DNA of 64,000 nt from a virus (taxonomy: Duplodnaviria > Caudoviricetes). Location: the IMG/VR virus record IMGVR_UViG_3300000101_000005. One strand, given 5' to 3'. Of this stretch, positions 53,115-62,518 are shown in pieces; the stretch's first letter is position 1, and every line of letters starts with the position of its first letter. A model generated the notes under the pieces. That model was not told the origin of the DNA and ran no database searches. It saw only the letters and a list, made by a program, of their open reading frames with translations. Position numbers and translations under genes: made by a program.

Positions 53115-54577
53115 CTTGCATCGTCCTCTTCCTGACTACTTTCAATGTCAGTGTTAGTTGTTGCATCATCTTCAAAGTTAAACAAACTATCAAACGTAGT
53201 TGAGTTTTCCAGCTTCTTCATACGGCTTAGTTTAGCAATTAGTTTTTCATGTTTAGCTAGTTCCGCATCAATAGCATCCATGCTCTGGCCATAATCTTTA
53301 GCAAATAGCTCATCACAGATCTGATTAAACTCCAAGTACTGACTGGGAACCCAGTGATGCATTCCGCTTGGTCTGGACATAAGCCTGTTTGCCATCTGTA
53401 CTGCATCAATATGCTTGTAAATATTATGTCCCATCATCAAGCAATATGCAAAACTATCCCAGCTAGTTCTACCTTCTTTGCCAATCTTGTTAAGCTCGCC
53501 TGGATCATACCAATTAATATCTTTCCAAGTGCAACGCTCACCAATTGGGCTATCGTCCCAGGGCCAGGGAGCATCTTTGCCATATGGTTCTTTTTCATCA
53601 ACCATTTTAACCATGTTATATCCCATGCGCTTTGTATCAAATACATTGTGCGTGTATACTTGGCCGTTAGCTGTAGCAATAAATGGACTAGCACAATCCA
53701 TGCTAATTGTAAGATCAGGATTAACATGTTTTCTAATAGCACGTTGCATTGCTGAGTACATGATGCCCTGATCCAATCTACCTGTACCCAGGAAGTGTAT
53801 CCACTCTGACTTTTGTAACAAGTCTAGTTCTTTAAGAAATAGTACACGCCTAAGACTGTGGTTTAAGTTTGTTTTTTGTACGCCACCAAATGCCCAGCCA
53901 TGTGTTTCACCTACAACAGGCAAACATACCTTTTCAAACCAATCATCCGCTTGTTCATATGTACTACCCTGACATACGTTTAAGAACTTTGTCTTATTCT
54001 GCCTGTGTTTAAAGAAGTAATTGTTATTAGCAATAGTTGCATCCCTAAACTCATTGTAGTTGTTTAGACCGCACTTGGGCTTGCCAGTTTCTTCGTTAAT
54101 AAAGTTAAGTCCGTTTGTAGGAATATCCAGTACCATGCTGTAGTCTGCTGTATTCTCCAACCAGTTTAATACCTTGCCACGTTGCTTGTCAGTAGCTGAA
54201 CACTGGCCTTCGGGCTCTAGCCAGTTACCCTGCCACACGCCTTTACTAATCTGGAAGCCGCCGCTGTCACCAATTAGTGTAGTCCATTCCTTGTCGCGAC
54301 CATGAATCATTCCTTCTTTAGCTGGCGCTTTTTGCATATCTAGTTCAGCATGACCTGCACTGTAAAGTACATGATCATATGTAAAGTATCCTTGGTTAGG
54401 GTTAAGGAAGTTTAACCCTTCAATACCATTTTCAAATTTCTTAGGGATACGGTCTGCTTCGACATAGTTACCAGTTGCTTGTTGCTTGCTAACGTAACTA
54501 CTATAAAACCCGCTTAGTGCTGGGGTAAAGATAGCGTAGTCATGATTCTTTTTGCTTAGATCGATCTTATTTGCCAT
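53111..54577 (-). CDS. TGT/DpdA-fold guanine transglycosylase (deazaguanine-inserting)
   Basis: IGDSGGFQI (catalytic Asp), MVLDIP, LNVCQG, GWAFGG, IHFLGTG and ISMDCASP appear in canonical TGT order, followed by LMMGHN. No CxCxxC zinc motif is visible. Confidence 0.8.
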   Translation of the reverse strand: MANKIDLSKKNHDYAIFTPALSGFYSSYVSKQQATGNYVEADRIPKKFENGIEGLNFLNPNQGYFTYDHVLYSAGHAELDMQKAPAKEGMIHGRDKEWTTLIGDSGGFQISKGVWQGNWLEPEGQCSATDKQRGKVLNWLENTADYSMVLDIPTNGLNFINEETGKPKCGLNNYNEFRDATIANNNYFFKHRQNKTKFLNVCQGSTYEQADDWFEKVCLPVVGETHGWAFGGVQKTNLNHSLRRVLFLKELDLLQKSEWIHFLGTGRLDQGIMYSAMQRAIRKHVNPDLTISMDCASPFIATANGQVYTHNVFDTKRMGYNMVKMVDEKEPYGKDAPWPWDDSPIGERCTWKDINWYDPGELNKIGKEGRTSWDSFAYCLMMGHNIYKHIDAVQMANRLMSRPSGMHHWVPSQYLEFNQICDELFAKDYGQSMDAIDAELAKHEKLIAKLSRMKKLENSTTFDSLFNFEDDATTNTDIESSQEEDDAR

Positions 54578-54606
54578 TAATGTGCCTCTAACTTTTATAT
54601 TGTTTT

Positions 54607-54635
54607 ATTATATGATTATTTAGACGATTAGTCAA
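54607..54635 (-). promoter_or_regulatory. Sigma70-type promoter TTGACT-N17-TATAAT for the tgt/dpdA-GT-folE unit
   Basis: Near-perfect consensus on the minus strand. The spacer also contains a TAAATA motif; an AGAGG ribosome-binding site follows. Confidence 0.75.
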
Positions 54636-55245
54636 CATTAATATTAATTTTGCTACAGTCTGGGTACTTGGATACAAATTGATCCATGGATTTAAGATTA
54701 GGCATTTCGTCAGGGCGACTTAGTAGCTCAATGCCTCGAGCGGCATCTTCTAATCTCATATTATAATGAAACCCTAGGTGCCAGGTCTTTTGGTTTTCCC
54801 AGGGGGAAATAAACAAGTGTCTTCCGTCATATGCCATGGCCTTAAGAACTTGGTAATCATAACCTCTATCCAAGAGTATTGCTCCACCATGACCAATCTC
54901 TAGTCGCTTTGTGTGTCCAAAACTTAAACACTGCATACGACCTCTAACATACATCTGTTCGTCAAATGCTCTAGCACTATCCCAGATGTTAGTTGGGGCA
55001 AGACGGTATTCATATTCCCAGGTTATCTCTGGATCATAATATACATCTAATCCTAGTTTGTGAACAACCATTGGCACACTAATGTAGGTATGACGAGGAA
55101 GATTAATTGGATTCTTCCATTTTTGGAATCGTAAACATAACTCTATTGCATGGGTGCAACTATCTGTAAGAACAACATATGGAGCACCAGTGTACTCACT
55201 TATAAGATTCTCAAATTTTGTTAACGTATCGTAACTTAACTTCAT
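54628..55245 (-). CDS. Short DegT/DnrJ/EryC1/StrS-family PLP aminotransferase
   Basis: VLTDSCTHAIELCL, PRHTYISV, IWDSA, LSFGHTK (PLP Lys), GGAILL and GFHYNM. Only 205 aa. Confidence 0.7.
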   Translation of the reverse strand: MKLSYDTLTKFENLISEYTGAPYVVLTDSCTHAIELCLRFQKWKNPINLPRHTYISVPMVVHKLGLDVYYDPEITWEYEYRLAPTNIWDSARAFDEQMYVRGRMQCLSFGHTKRLEIGHGGAILLDRGYDYQVLKAMAYDGRHLFISPWENQKTWHLGFHYNMRLEDAARGIELLSRPDEMPNLKSMDQFVSKYPDCSKININVD

Positions 55246-55775
55246 AGATAAAATCCACTTACTTGAAGGGTGTACTTGTCTTTCATGCCTGCATTGGCAC
55301 TAACGTGTAAATGATTATGGTCCCAGACATATCCTTCGCCAGCATTCCAATGTGTGCTATTGTGCCATACATCGTCGTCTTCGTATTGAATAAATTCTCC
55401 AACACTCCAGTCCTGTAGGTACATGTTTGCTCTTACTTTTAACCTAGCATCATCAGGAAACCGTTTGTTAATTTGAAAGAAAGTATCTCTATGTACTGGA
55501 ACAACATTACCCGGCGGCTGTAATATACTGCTTACAGTAATAACTTCCATGCCTAGTTGGTTTCCTAGGTCATCGTAGTCAACCTGTTCATTGGTCCACC
55601 ATAATTGTCTAATTAATGTGTTTCCCATGTCATACGTTTCTGGAAACCCGCCGAATCGTTCATGTATGTCTGTTAACTCGTGTACTTGATGAGAAATGCA
55701 ACTTCCAGAATGAACAGTATAATCTGCATTTATAAAAACATCTAGGTTATAATCTATCTTTGTTTTTTTAATCAT
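55242..55775 (-). CDS. 2OG-Fe(II) oxygenase-like protein
   Basis: PPGNVVPVHRD...WDHNHLHVSANAGMKDKYTLQVSG gives HxD...H...K. Confidence 0.7.
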   Translation of the reverse strand: MIKKTKIDYNLDVFINADYTVHSGSCISHQVHELTDIHERFGGFPETYDMGNTLIRQLWWTNEQVDYDDLGNQLGMEVITVSSILQPPGNVVPVHRDTFFQINKRFPDDARLKVRANMYLQDWSVGEFIQYEDDDVWHNSTHWNAGEGYVWDHNHLHVSANAGMKDKYTLQVSGFYL

Positions 55776-56329
55776 GGTCGGTGTCCTGTCAACTGGAGAG
55801 TATATCTATCTTCAATACCCATGTTGCCTGCCATATGTAAAGTGTTACTGTTCCAAAAGATGTAGTCGCCGGCTTTCCAGTTAGTAATTGGGTTCCCGTC
55901 TACTTCACTAATATGGCCACTTTTCCAATCTTCTAAAAATACAATTACTCTAAAGCAATCTTCTAGATCACAATCAAATATTTTTCTATATAACTCGTAT
56001 GTATCGCCGTGTGTTGGTAGGTAATGACAAGTTTGCATTTTATAATAGCTTGTGCCAACGTTAGTAACGTTAAATGTATCTTCAAACCATTTTATTATCT
56101 TTGCACTCCAAGAAGGTTGATGAGCTTTTGACATGTCATACAGTAGCCCGCCGTAATGATCTTTGTCTGGCCAGTATCCGTATTTCTTCCATTTAGTAAG
56201 ATCGTCAAGGTTATTAAATGGTTTATACTGGTAATTTAAATATTTGAATGATTCTTGAGTCCAAAAAGGTTCAATATGACCCCGTCCCCAGTTATCGTGT
56301 GTTTCCGTAATGGATGACTGTGTAATCAT
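55772..56329 (-). CDS. 2OG-Fe(II) oxygenase-like protein (paralog)
   Basis: YLPTHGD...IFWNSNTLHMAGNMGIEDRYTLQLTG. The likely start is ATG 56329, overlapping the ugd 3' end. Confidence 0.7.
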   Translation of the reverse strand: MITQSSITETHDNWGRGHIEPFWTQESFKYLNYQYKPFNNLDDLTKWKKYGYWPDKDHYGGLLYDMSKAHQPSWSAKIIKWFEDTFNVTNVGTSYYKMQTCHYLPTHGDTYELYRKIFDCDLEDCFRVIVFLEDWKSGHISEVDGNPITNWKAGDYIFWNSNTLHMAGNMGIEDRYTLQLTGHRP

Positions 56330-57509
56330 TGTTTTCCTTACTAAATTTACGCCATGGGTCAACAATAACACTGCCTGGCAATACTTCGCAATACATTTCA
56401 TCTGCGTAGTTTTGATTTGTATACTGATATGTAGTACTTGCGTTATGCGCTAAAAGAACTATAGCTTTATACGGGCCTGGATCTGGATGTGATAATGGAT
56501 CAATCATAATAGGATTAAATCCTTTTTCGTTTAAGTAGTGTGATACAAGTAAACTATAACTTCCATCTAGATATGGAACTCCAGGCTTATATGCGATCCC
56601 GTGCATTAGTACAGGCAAGTCATGTTCTTCTGCTAAATTTATTAAAAACTCAGCCATGTTCTTTGCTTGTTTTTCTCTGGCGTTCATAATACTGTCAAAC
56701 AAGTCATAACCAAGATCTAATTCTTCAGCCATCCAGCGTAGTGCAATATTGTCTCTTGGATGACACGCACCCCCATCACCCATGCCTGCTGTCATATATT
56801 GTGGACCCATAATACGCTTTGTACTTTTAGCAAGTGCATCTGTAACTATATCAACATTTATGTGGCCGATCTTTAGTGATACGTCTTGTATCATGTTTAC
56901 TAAACTGAGCTTGGCACTAATAAATGTATTATAAAATATCTTAATACTTTCGGCTTCTTCATATGTGCCAACAGCATATCGTGGATCATTTTCCATGATA
57001 GTTTTGTAAAAGTCTAACAGTTTTCTAGCATCACCAGTTTCGCTTCCATCATTAGTACCAATAATAACCATTTCAGGATTAACCATATCCCAGGCAATAC
57101 TTCCCATGGCAATTAAGTATGGATTGTATATAAACCTAGCGTTATTAATTAACGGAACAATTTCCCTACGGATAGTCCCTGGTAATACTGTACTAATTAA
57201 AACAATAAGAGTAGACTCATTGGCATAACTGTCTATCTCTGCTATGACTTTTTTAACCTGGGTATAGTCAAAATCTTTGTTTGGCAAGTGTGCAGTAGGC
57301 TTGCTTCCGTCGTAATCAGGATGATGTGGAGTCTGTATAGCTACGAATACAATATCCTGTCCTTCTACTGCTAATTTTATATCATCTACAACGTTAACTG
57401 AGCCACTGACTCTTTCAATGATATCGTAACCTGTAACTACGTAATCCTTGGCCATAGCTTCAGCACAGGTCAGGCCTAATTTGCCCAAGCCTATAAATCC
57501 AACTTTCAT
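56292..57509 (-). CDS. ugd: UDP-glucose/GDP-mannose dehydrogenase family protein (copy 2)
   Basis: KVGFIGLGKLG, FVAIQTP, YNPYLIAMG, GGACHPRD and GIAYKPG. Confidence 0.85.
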   Translation of the reverse strand: MKVGFIGLGKLGLTCAEAMAKDYVVTGYDIIERVSGSVNVVDDIKLAVEGQDIVFVAIQTPHHPDYDGSKPTAHLPNKDFDYTQVKKVIAEIDSYANESTLIVLISTVLPGTIRREIVPLINNARFIYNPYLIAMGSIAWDMVNPEMVIIGTNDGSETGDARKLLDFYKTIMENDPRYAVGTYEEAESIKIFYNTFISAKLSLVNMIQDVSLKIGHINVDIVTDALAKSTKRIMGPQYMTAGMGDGGACHPRDNIALRWMAEELDLGYDLFDSIMNAREKQAKNMAEFLINLAEEHDLPVLMHGIAYKPGVPYLDGSYSLLVSHYLNEKGFNPIMIDPLSHPDPGPYKAIVLLAHNASTTYQYTNQNYADEMYCEVLPGSVIVDPWRKFSKENNDYTVIHYGNTR

Positions 57510-57512
57510 ATA

Positions 57513-58346
57513 CTAACTTCCTTGTAACAATTCGTCTACGCCTTTATACACATCTTGCGTAGGTTTAAAACCTAATTCATTCTTTGCTTTACTAATATCC
57601 ATGGTGCCACGCTGGGGGTATTCAAAGTCATTTAACTCTATCTTAACTGATCCTGATCCGACCTTTTCGCATATATATTTGGCAACATTTTCCAGAGGCT
57701 GGCTTCTGCCATAGCTTATATTATAGACTCTGGAACTCATTACTGGAGCATCAAATCCCAAAATAATTCCTTGCACAACGTCGTCAACGTGTGTAAAATC
57801 TAAACTATTGTCATATCCTTTAACAATAAGCTCTTGATTGTTTTTAGCTAAATTAATAAACTTGGGCAGTACTCGAGATGGATCATCGTCTTGACCATAA
57901 ACTGCGGTAGGTCTAATAATAGTATAATTATCGTGTAATTCTTTTACAATACTTTCCCCGGCCAGCTTTAGTTGTCCGTATAAGTCCAGTGGAGCCCTGC
58001 TGTCGCTTTCACTAACACCAGATGATGAGCTCCAATTACCATAGACCATACTACTGCTAATATATGTAAAGTGGGATTCGTTGTAAAAACGCAGGCTATT
58101 CATTAACCCTGATGTCATAGTCTTAATTGCTTCAACAGGGTTACGTCTTACTGCTCTTAGGTTAGCCTCAGCGGCTAAGAAAACTACATTGCTGTATTTT
58201 ACATCAGTGATAAAACTATATTCGTTATTAATGTTTCTGTTTGATTTTTTGTCAATTACGTCTACAGAATGGCCTTGCTGTGTTAGTTTGGCTTTTAAAT
58301 GAGTTCCAATAAACCCTTCACCACCTATAAGTAATATAGTTTTCAT
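57513..58346 (-). CDS. NAD-dependent nucleotide-sugar epimerase/dehydratase (extended SDR)
   Basis: GGEGFIG, ISSSMVYG, YGQLK (YxxxK), IRPTAVYG and DFTHVDD. Confidence 0.88.
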   Translation of the reverse strand: MKTILLIGGEGFIGTHLKAKLTQQGHSVDVIDKKSNRNINNEYSFITDVKYSNVVFLAAEANLRAVRRNPVEAIKTMTSGLMNSLRFYNESHFTYISSSMVYGNWSSSSGVSESDSRAPLDLYGQLKLAGESIVKELHDNYTIIRPTAVYGQDDDPSRVLPKFINLAKNNQELIVKGYDNSLDFTHVDDVVQGIILGFDAPVMSSRVYNISYGRSQPLENVAKYICEKVGSGSVKIELNDFEYPQRGTMDISKAKNELGFKPTQDVYKGVDELLQGS

Positions 58347-58678
58347 GTTAACATATGCTCCGTGGTTGAGCCAAGGGATAGTAACAGTTTATGTTCTTCC
58401 TTGGCAAAGTGGAGAACAACAGTTGGATTGTCTAAGCCCTGTGAGCTAAAACCATCCCACCACCAGTCAACGTTGTAGATTAATCCGTGTTTTCCCAGCG
58501 AGTTGCTTATAGCACATAGTGCATCAACTGGTGTATACCCTGCGTTTAATGCGCCACCCTCACCTGGACGATGGTTTTTTCTACTGGTAAACATGTTTGC
58601 TGACACGCTGGCCTTAAATGGAAATTCTTCTAGATTATATACTGGTGTAAAACTTGCTGTTCTGTTGGAAAGTTTCAT
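58343..58678 (-). CDS. Hypothetical protein
   Basis: 111 aa, coupled to the epimerase gene. Confidence 0.5.
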   Translation of the reverse strand: MKLSNRTASFTPVYNLEEFPFKASVSANMFTSRKNHRPGEGGALNAGYTPVDALCAISNSLGKHGLIYNVDWWWDGFSSQGLDNPTVVLHFAKEEHKLLLSLGSTTEHMLT

Positions 58679-58681
58679 TAC

Positions 58682-58900
58682 TCATTGCCTATTTCCAAAG
58701 ATGTTTCGTCCATAAATTTTTGCATCACGCATCCAGTTATTACTGATACGTGTGCCTTCTTTGAGAAAGCGATACTGCTTGTATACTTCGCTTTCTTTAT
58801 TATACAAGTCTGCTTCGTTGTAAGGGTGTCCAAAGGTTTTACAGAATCTTAAAAAGTCTTGTAAGTCATCAAAAACTTTGGTAACTTCTGGGTTCTTCAT
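58682..58900 (-). CDS. Hypothetical protein
   Basis: 72 aa in the operon. Confidence 0.5.
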   Translation of the reverse strand: MKNPEVTKVFDDLQDFLRFCKTFGHPYNEADLYNKESEVYKQYRFLKEGTRISNNWMRDAKIYGRNIFGNRQ

Positions 58901-58904
58901 TTTT

Positions 58905-59363
58905 TTATGTGTCCTTGTTGTAGAATGTTAATGAACCGTTTTCACCATCTTCGCTTATTTCAATTTGAACGTCTCTGCTAGGATACCGTTCGTTAATTAT
59001 TAAGTATAACGCATCGCTAATCATTTCGCAACTTTTAAAATCAAGTTCTAGTGTATTATCTGAATAGAGTTTTTCAAGCCAACGTTTAAATTGGATAAAC
59101 TCAATATCGCGATCGTCATGGAATACTTCAATCCATACCTTAAAGTGAAAAATGTGTCGATGAACATAACCTAAAAAACTAACGTCATATTCATCACCAG
59201 TCGCTAAACGTGGATCGTCTAACGCTGCTGGGTATTTATGCAGGCCTTCTTTCCTAAATGTAACCCAGATCATTTTACTTGCTTTGTTAACACGTTCTTC
59301 CAGAGCTTTTTCACGCATATTGCGTAAGATAAACTCATCATGACTTTCTCTTTTTTGTACCAT
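58905..59363 (-). CDS. queD: QueD-like 6-carboxytetrahydropterin synthase (T-fold)
   Basis: FRKEGLHKY...LGYVHRHIFHFKVWIEV...EFIQFK...SCEMI...IEISEDGENG parallels the QueD/PTPS layout (F..H, HxH, E.IA, V.V.E). Confidence 0.65.
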   Translation of the reverse strand: MVQKRESHDEFILRNMREKALEERVNKASKMIWVTFRKEGLHKYPAALDDPRLATGDEYDVSFLGYVHRHIFHFKVWIEVFHDDRDIEFIQFKRWLEKLYSDNTLELDFKSCEMISDALYLIINERYPSRDVQIEISEDGENGSLTFYNKDT

Positions 59364-59374
59364 AACTGTATCCT

Positions 59375-59665
59375 TTAGTGTACTGTAGTTGAGTCGACTG
59401 CGATATCATCTAGATTATATGCTGGAACATCTTTAGCTGTATCTGTAATAGCTTCTACCATTAGCAAAAAATCTTCCTCAGATAAGCAAGTTTTGTATAA
59501 ACGCATCGCTTGTGCTAGTAGTACACCGGCCAAGTTTAATGGTTTTTCACCGTTGTTCATTAACTTAACAGATATTGCAAACACTCTCTGATATAAGTCA
59601 TCAATCTCTTCTGGACTAAGATCAATAATATCATCTAATTCGTCCATCATTTCTAGTTCTCCCAA
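59375..59665 (-). CDS. Hypothetical acidic helical protein
   Basis: 96 aa; no motif recognised. Confidence 0.5.
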   Translation of the reverse strand: MGELEMMDELDDIIDLSPEEIDDLYQRVFAISVKLMNNGEKPLNLAGVLLAQAMRLYKTCLSEEDFLLMVEAITDTAKDVPAYNLDDIAVDSTTVH

Positions 59666-60234
59666 ACTCGGGCGTAATAACCCTTTCCTGTGGTGTCTCC
59701 ACCATCGTTATCTAATTCTTCACCGTTATATGATAATAGATCTAACATTGTTCCATCTGGAGTGTCTGTTAGACAAAACTCTAGCTTAGAAAGATCTATT
59801 GGCTCGTTTGTTACAAGTTCGTATTGACCAAAGTTACCTTTTTCAGCACTTGAACCGGAAAACACATATTCAGCATTTTCAGCACATTCTTCTTCATCTA
59901 CGTGTGTAATAATTGCATCTTGTTCTTCTTCAAAATCATCCCAGGACTGGCCTATTATCTGATTGCCATCTTCGTCCTCTATATCAATATACGCTCCACC
60001 AGCATCTGCACCCCAGTGGTGTAGCAAATCATCAAGCTCATTCCAGTGACCAAGGAACCTTTTGTCAGCATCGTCAAAGACAGGATTTTCATCAGTGTCA
60101 TCCCAGGGATCATCAAACGCATGAGCAATAATGTCTTCTTCTTCTAAATCTTTCCAAAAGTCATATTGCTCTTTAGTTAATGTGCCATGGACCTGTTCTG
60201 ATCCATATCCAGATATTGATATACTGTATTTCAT
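59653..60234 (-). CDS. Hypothetical highly acidic protein
   Basis: 193 aa, very Asp/Glu-rich; GGAG ribosome-binding site. Confidence 0.55.
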   Translation of the reverse strand: MKYSISISGYGSEQVHGTLTKEQYDFWKDLEEEDIIAHAFDDPWDDTDENPVFDDADKRFLGHWNELDDLLHHWGADAGGAYIDIEDEDGNQIIGQSWDDFEEEQDAIITHVDEEECAENAEYVFSGSSAEKGNFGQYELVTNEPIDLSKLEFCLTDTPDGTMLDLLSYNGEELDNDGGDTTGKGYYARVWEN

Positions 60235-60238
60235 ATTA

Positions 60239-60445
60239 TTACTCCATAAAATTAAATGATTGTTGACGCTCTAAGAATGTAATTTCATCTTTTACTGATA
60301 GCTTTTTCTTTTTAAGATCATGAATCTTAAACTCAATGTCAGCTTCGGTGCTTATAATTTTTTCTAATTCAGTAACAGCGTTGTCTAGCCTCTGGTGCTG
60401 GTCGTGTAAATTAGCTATTCTTCTATTAGTACTATCAGTTTTCAT
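60239..60445 (-). CDS. Small coiled-coil protein, DUF465/YdcH-like
   Basis: LHDQHQRLDNAV...IHDLKKKKLSVKDEI matches the DUF465 pattern (H..LD..I...LKK.KL.LKD.I). Confidence 0.7.
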   Translation of the reverse strand: MKTDSTNRRIANLHDQHQRLDNAVTELEKIISTEADIEFKIHDLKKKKLSVKDEITFLERQQSFNFME

Positions 60446-60458
60446 TATATAGCTCCTA

Positions 60459-61337
60459 TTATAATTTTACTTTAGAATTTACTACTGTTTGAGCACCCAT
60501 GTCTAGTTTGTGGGCACACATATTACAACAACTCTGCGGTCCTTTTTGTTCGTTAAACCATTCGTCTATTATAACATCCTGACTGTATAAATTCAACCTT
60601 TTGTAGTTATTAAACCAGTCTTTCCACGTATTTTTTTCGTTAAGACCTAAACTGTCGCCATTTATAAGCAATCCTGCCACTGCTGGGCACTTGTATAAGT
60701 TACCTTCAAACATATTAACAAACGTTCTGCATCCACAAACATTCCAACTAGAATGAAAATCATTGCTAAAATAGTTGTAATTAGGCTTACTTTCTTCTGC
60801 TGTATTTTTATAAAAACTCCACCATACAGTTTCATTAAAACTTTCTGTAAGTTGTATGTGACATTCGTCTGAGTTTATCCAACCTCGCTGTTCTCCGTAC
60901 CCATTTTGTACTGGGCCGTTTTCGTTTGTCCAGGGCTGAAACTTACCTGTTGCTAGTGCCTGATTAATAAAATTCCATACTTTAGATCCGTACTCAGGCA
61001 TGTGCTGACTTATATTAAAACTAACATTGTAGGTATCTATCCAGGATAGATGTTCTTCTGAAAGTCGTAATCCATTAGTTTGTATCACTAGATTGCTGTC
61101 CGGCCAATATTGCCTGCAACCATCTAACCACATTTCTAAGTCAGGATTAAGCAAGGGCTCACCGCCAAACATATTAATATATGCTGGTTGTATCTTTGAA
61201 CTCCAAAACTCTAAGTAATCATTATTGTATCTAGTTACACCTTTTACAAGTTTACTATCACTGAATGTTTGGCATCCAGCACAACTTAGGTTACAAGTTT
61301 GCACAATAAACATGTCTAGATTGGGGATGTCTATCAT
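60459..61337 (-). CDS. Radical SAM protein
   Basis: CNLSCAGC, MFGGEPLLNP, IQTNGL and C-terminal C...YKCP...CCNMC (SPASM/twitch-like). Confidence 0.82.
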   Translation of the reverse strand: MIDIPNLDMFIVQTCNLSCAGCQTFSDSKLVKGVTRYNNDYLEFWSSKIQPAYINMFGGEPLLNPDLEMWLDGCRQYWPDSNLVIQTNGLRLSEEHLSWIDTYNVSFNISQHMPEYGSKVWNFINQALATGKFQPWTNENGPVQNGYGEQRGWINSDECHIQLTESFNETVWWSFYKNTAEESKPNYNYFSNDFHSSWNVCGCRTFVNMFEGNLYKCPAVAGLLINGDSLGLNEKNTWKDWFNNYKRLNLYSQDVIIDEWFNEQKGPQSCCNMCAHKLDMGAQTVVNSKVKL

Positions 61338-61912
61338 AGTTCTTTAGTAAGCTCTATGTCAGGTTGGATAAATTTTTTTACTTCGTCATTATTCTTACAT
61401 GAATTGTAAGATAAATCAATTAAATGTTTGGTAAAATTACTAACTTTATATGTTGTATCAGGAATAGGAATGTCGGACAACTGCTGAAAGTATTGTGCCA
61501 TATTGTCAATACTAACTAAAGTTACATAAGAAAATATTGATAACCAATCACTTTGTAACCTGATGTGCTGATCTTCTGTCCAGTTGTTTAGCCAATCTTC
61601 TTTAAGTATACTCTCTATCATCTCAGTAAGTGCACCGTCACTTAAACGTTCGACGGCACTTTCCATGACAAAGTACTCATGCGGCTTGTTAAAGGCGTTG
61701 TTGCCAGTCCACATTTTTATCATTTTTTCTGTAAATCCGTGTGCGAATCTGGGAAGTGGATCTCGTACTACACTAAATGTTGGAAGACTGCTATTAATAT
61801 TGTCTTCTTCAGTTTCTGTCCAACCAATAGTCCTGCACCATTGTTCAAGACTATTACTAGCACAACATCGTAGTATTGCTATATTAAATGTGCCGCCGTT
61901 AAATACCAGCAT
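61334..61912 (-). CDS. Sulfotransferase-family-like protein
   Basis: FSVVRDPLPRF (3'-phosphate-binding-like) and DQHIRLQ. The 5'-PSB loop is degenerate (ILRCCASNSL). Confidence 0.45.
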   Translation of the reverse strand: MLVFNGGTFNIAILRCCASNSLEQWCRTIGWTETEEDNINSSLPTFSVVRDPLPRFAHGFTEKMIKMWTGNNAFNKPHEYFVMESAVERLSDGALTEMIESILKEDWLNNWTEDQHIRLQSDWLSIFSYVTLVSIDNMAQYFQQLSDIPIPDTTYKVSNFTKHLIDLSYNSCKNNDEVKKFIQPDIELTKEL

Positions 61913-62507
61913 TAACAAACTCGCTTATAAAAGAGTTGTAATAATCTAAGTTCCCTTGATGACTAAGATGAAATTTATCATCGTCTAACATTCCGTTATC
62001 ATGTGCCCACTTATTCATAGGCGGGCTTTGAAATAAGGAATTATCTAAATCTTGTAATGTTAAGTACAAAGACCGTGCGCCACTGTCTTGTACTATTTTT
62101 TTAACCTGGTTAATCCATGCCAGGGTTTCCATCCTTTGGCCGTGCTCGCTGTAATACTCACGCATTAGTGGAGCCAAATATCTTTTACCTACCGGATTAT
62201 TATTCCACGCACCACGTGGTCCTGCTGTACACCATGCTATACAATTTTTAAGTTCCCGTTGTCTAATACTGGGAACGTCTTGTAGTGTTTGGTTGAACGC
62301 ACTATTCTTGTCTAATACGAGATCAATGCGTTCAACCTCACTAAATTGAACTATAATACTATCTTTACTACTTAATGGTATCTGGTCTACACAAGCATAT
62401 ATGTATTTGTTACCAGCACCTGGCTCGCTGTAATTTATATGATCGTACTTTACAAACTTAGGCCAGTAGTAATCGGCACTATAACTACATCCAACTATGT
62501 ATAGCAT
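61899..62507 (-). CDS. SGNH hydrolase-like protein
   Basis: VGCSYS, NYSEPGAGNKYI, IIVQFS..ER and C-terminal DKFHL. Confidence 0.5.
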   Translation of the reverse strand: MLYIVGCSYSADYYWPKFVKYDHINYSEPGAGNKYIYACVDQIPLSSKDSIIVQFSEVERIDLVLDKNSAFNQTLQDVPSIRQRELKNCIAWCTAGPRGAWNNNPVGKRYLAPLMREYYSEHGQRMETLAWINQVKKIVQDSGARSLYLTLQDLDNSLFQSPPMNKWAHDNGMLDDDKFHLSHQGNLDYYNSFISEFVNAGI

Positions 62508-62518
62508 AAATTGCTACT

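Noticed and set aside
60446-60470. Promoter upstream of the DUF465-like gene (TATAAT then AGGAG)
   Set aside because: No credible -35 at 16-18 bp, and TATAAT alone is common in AT-rich DNA.
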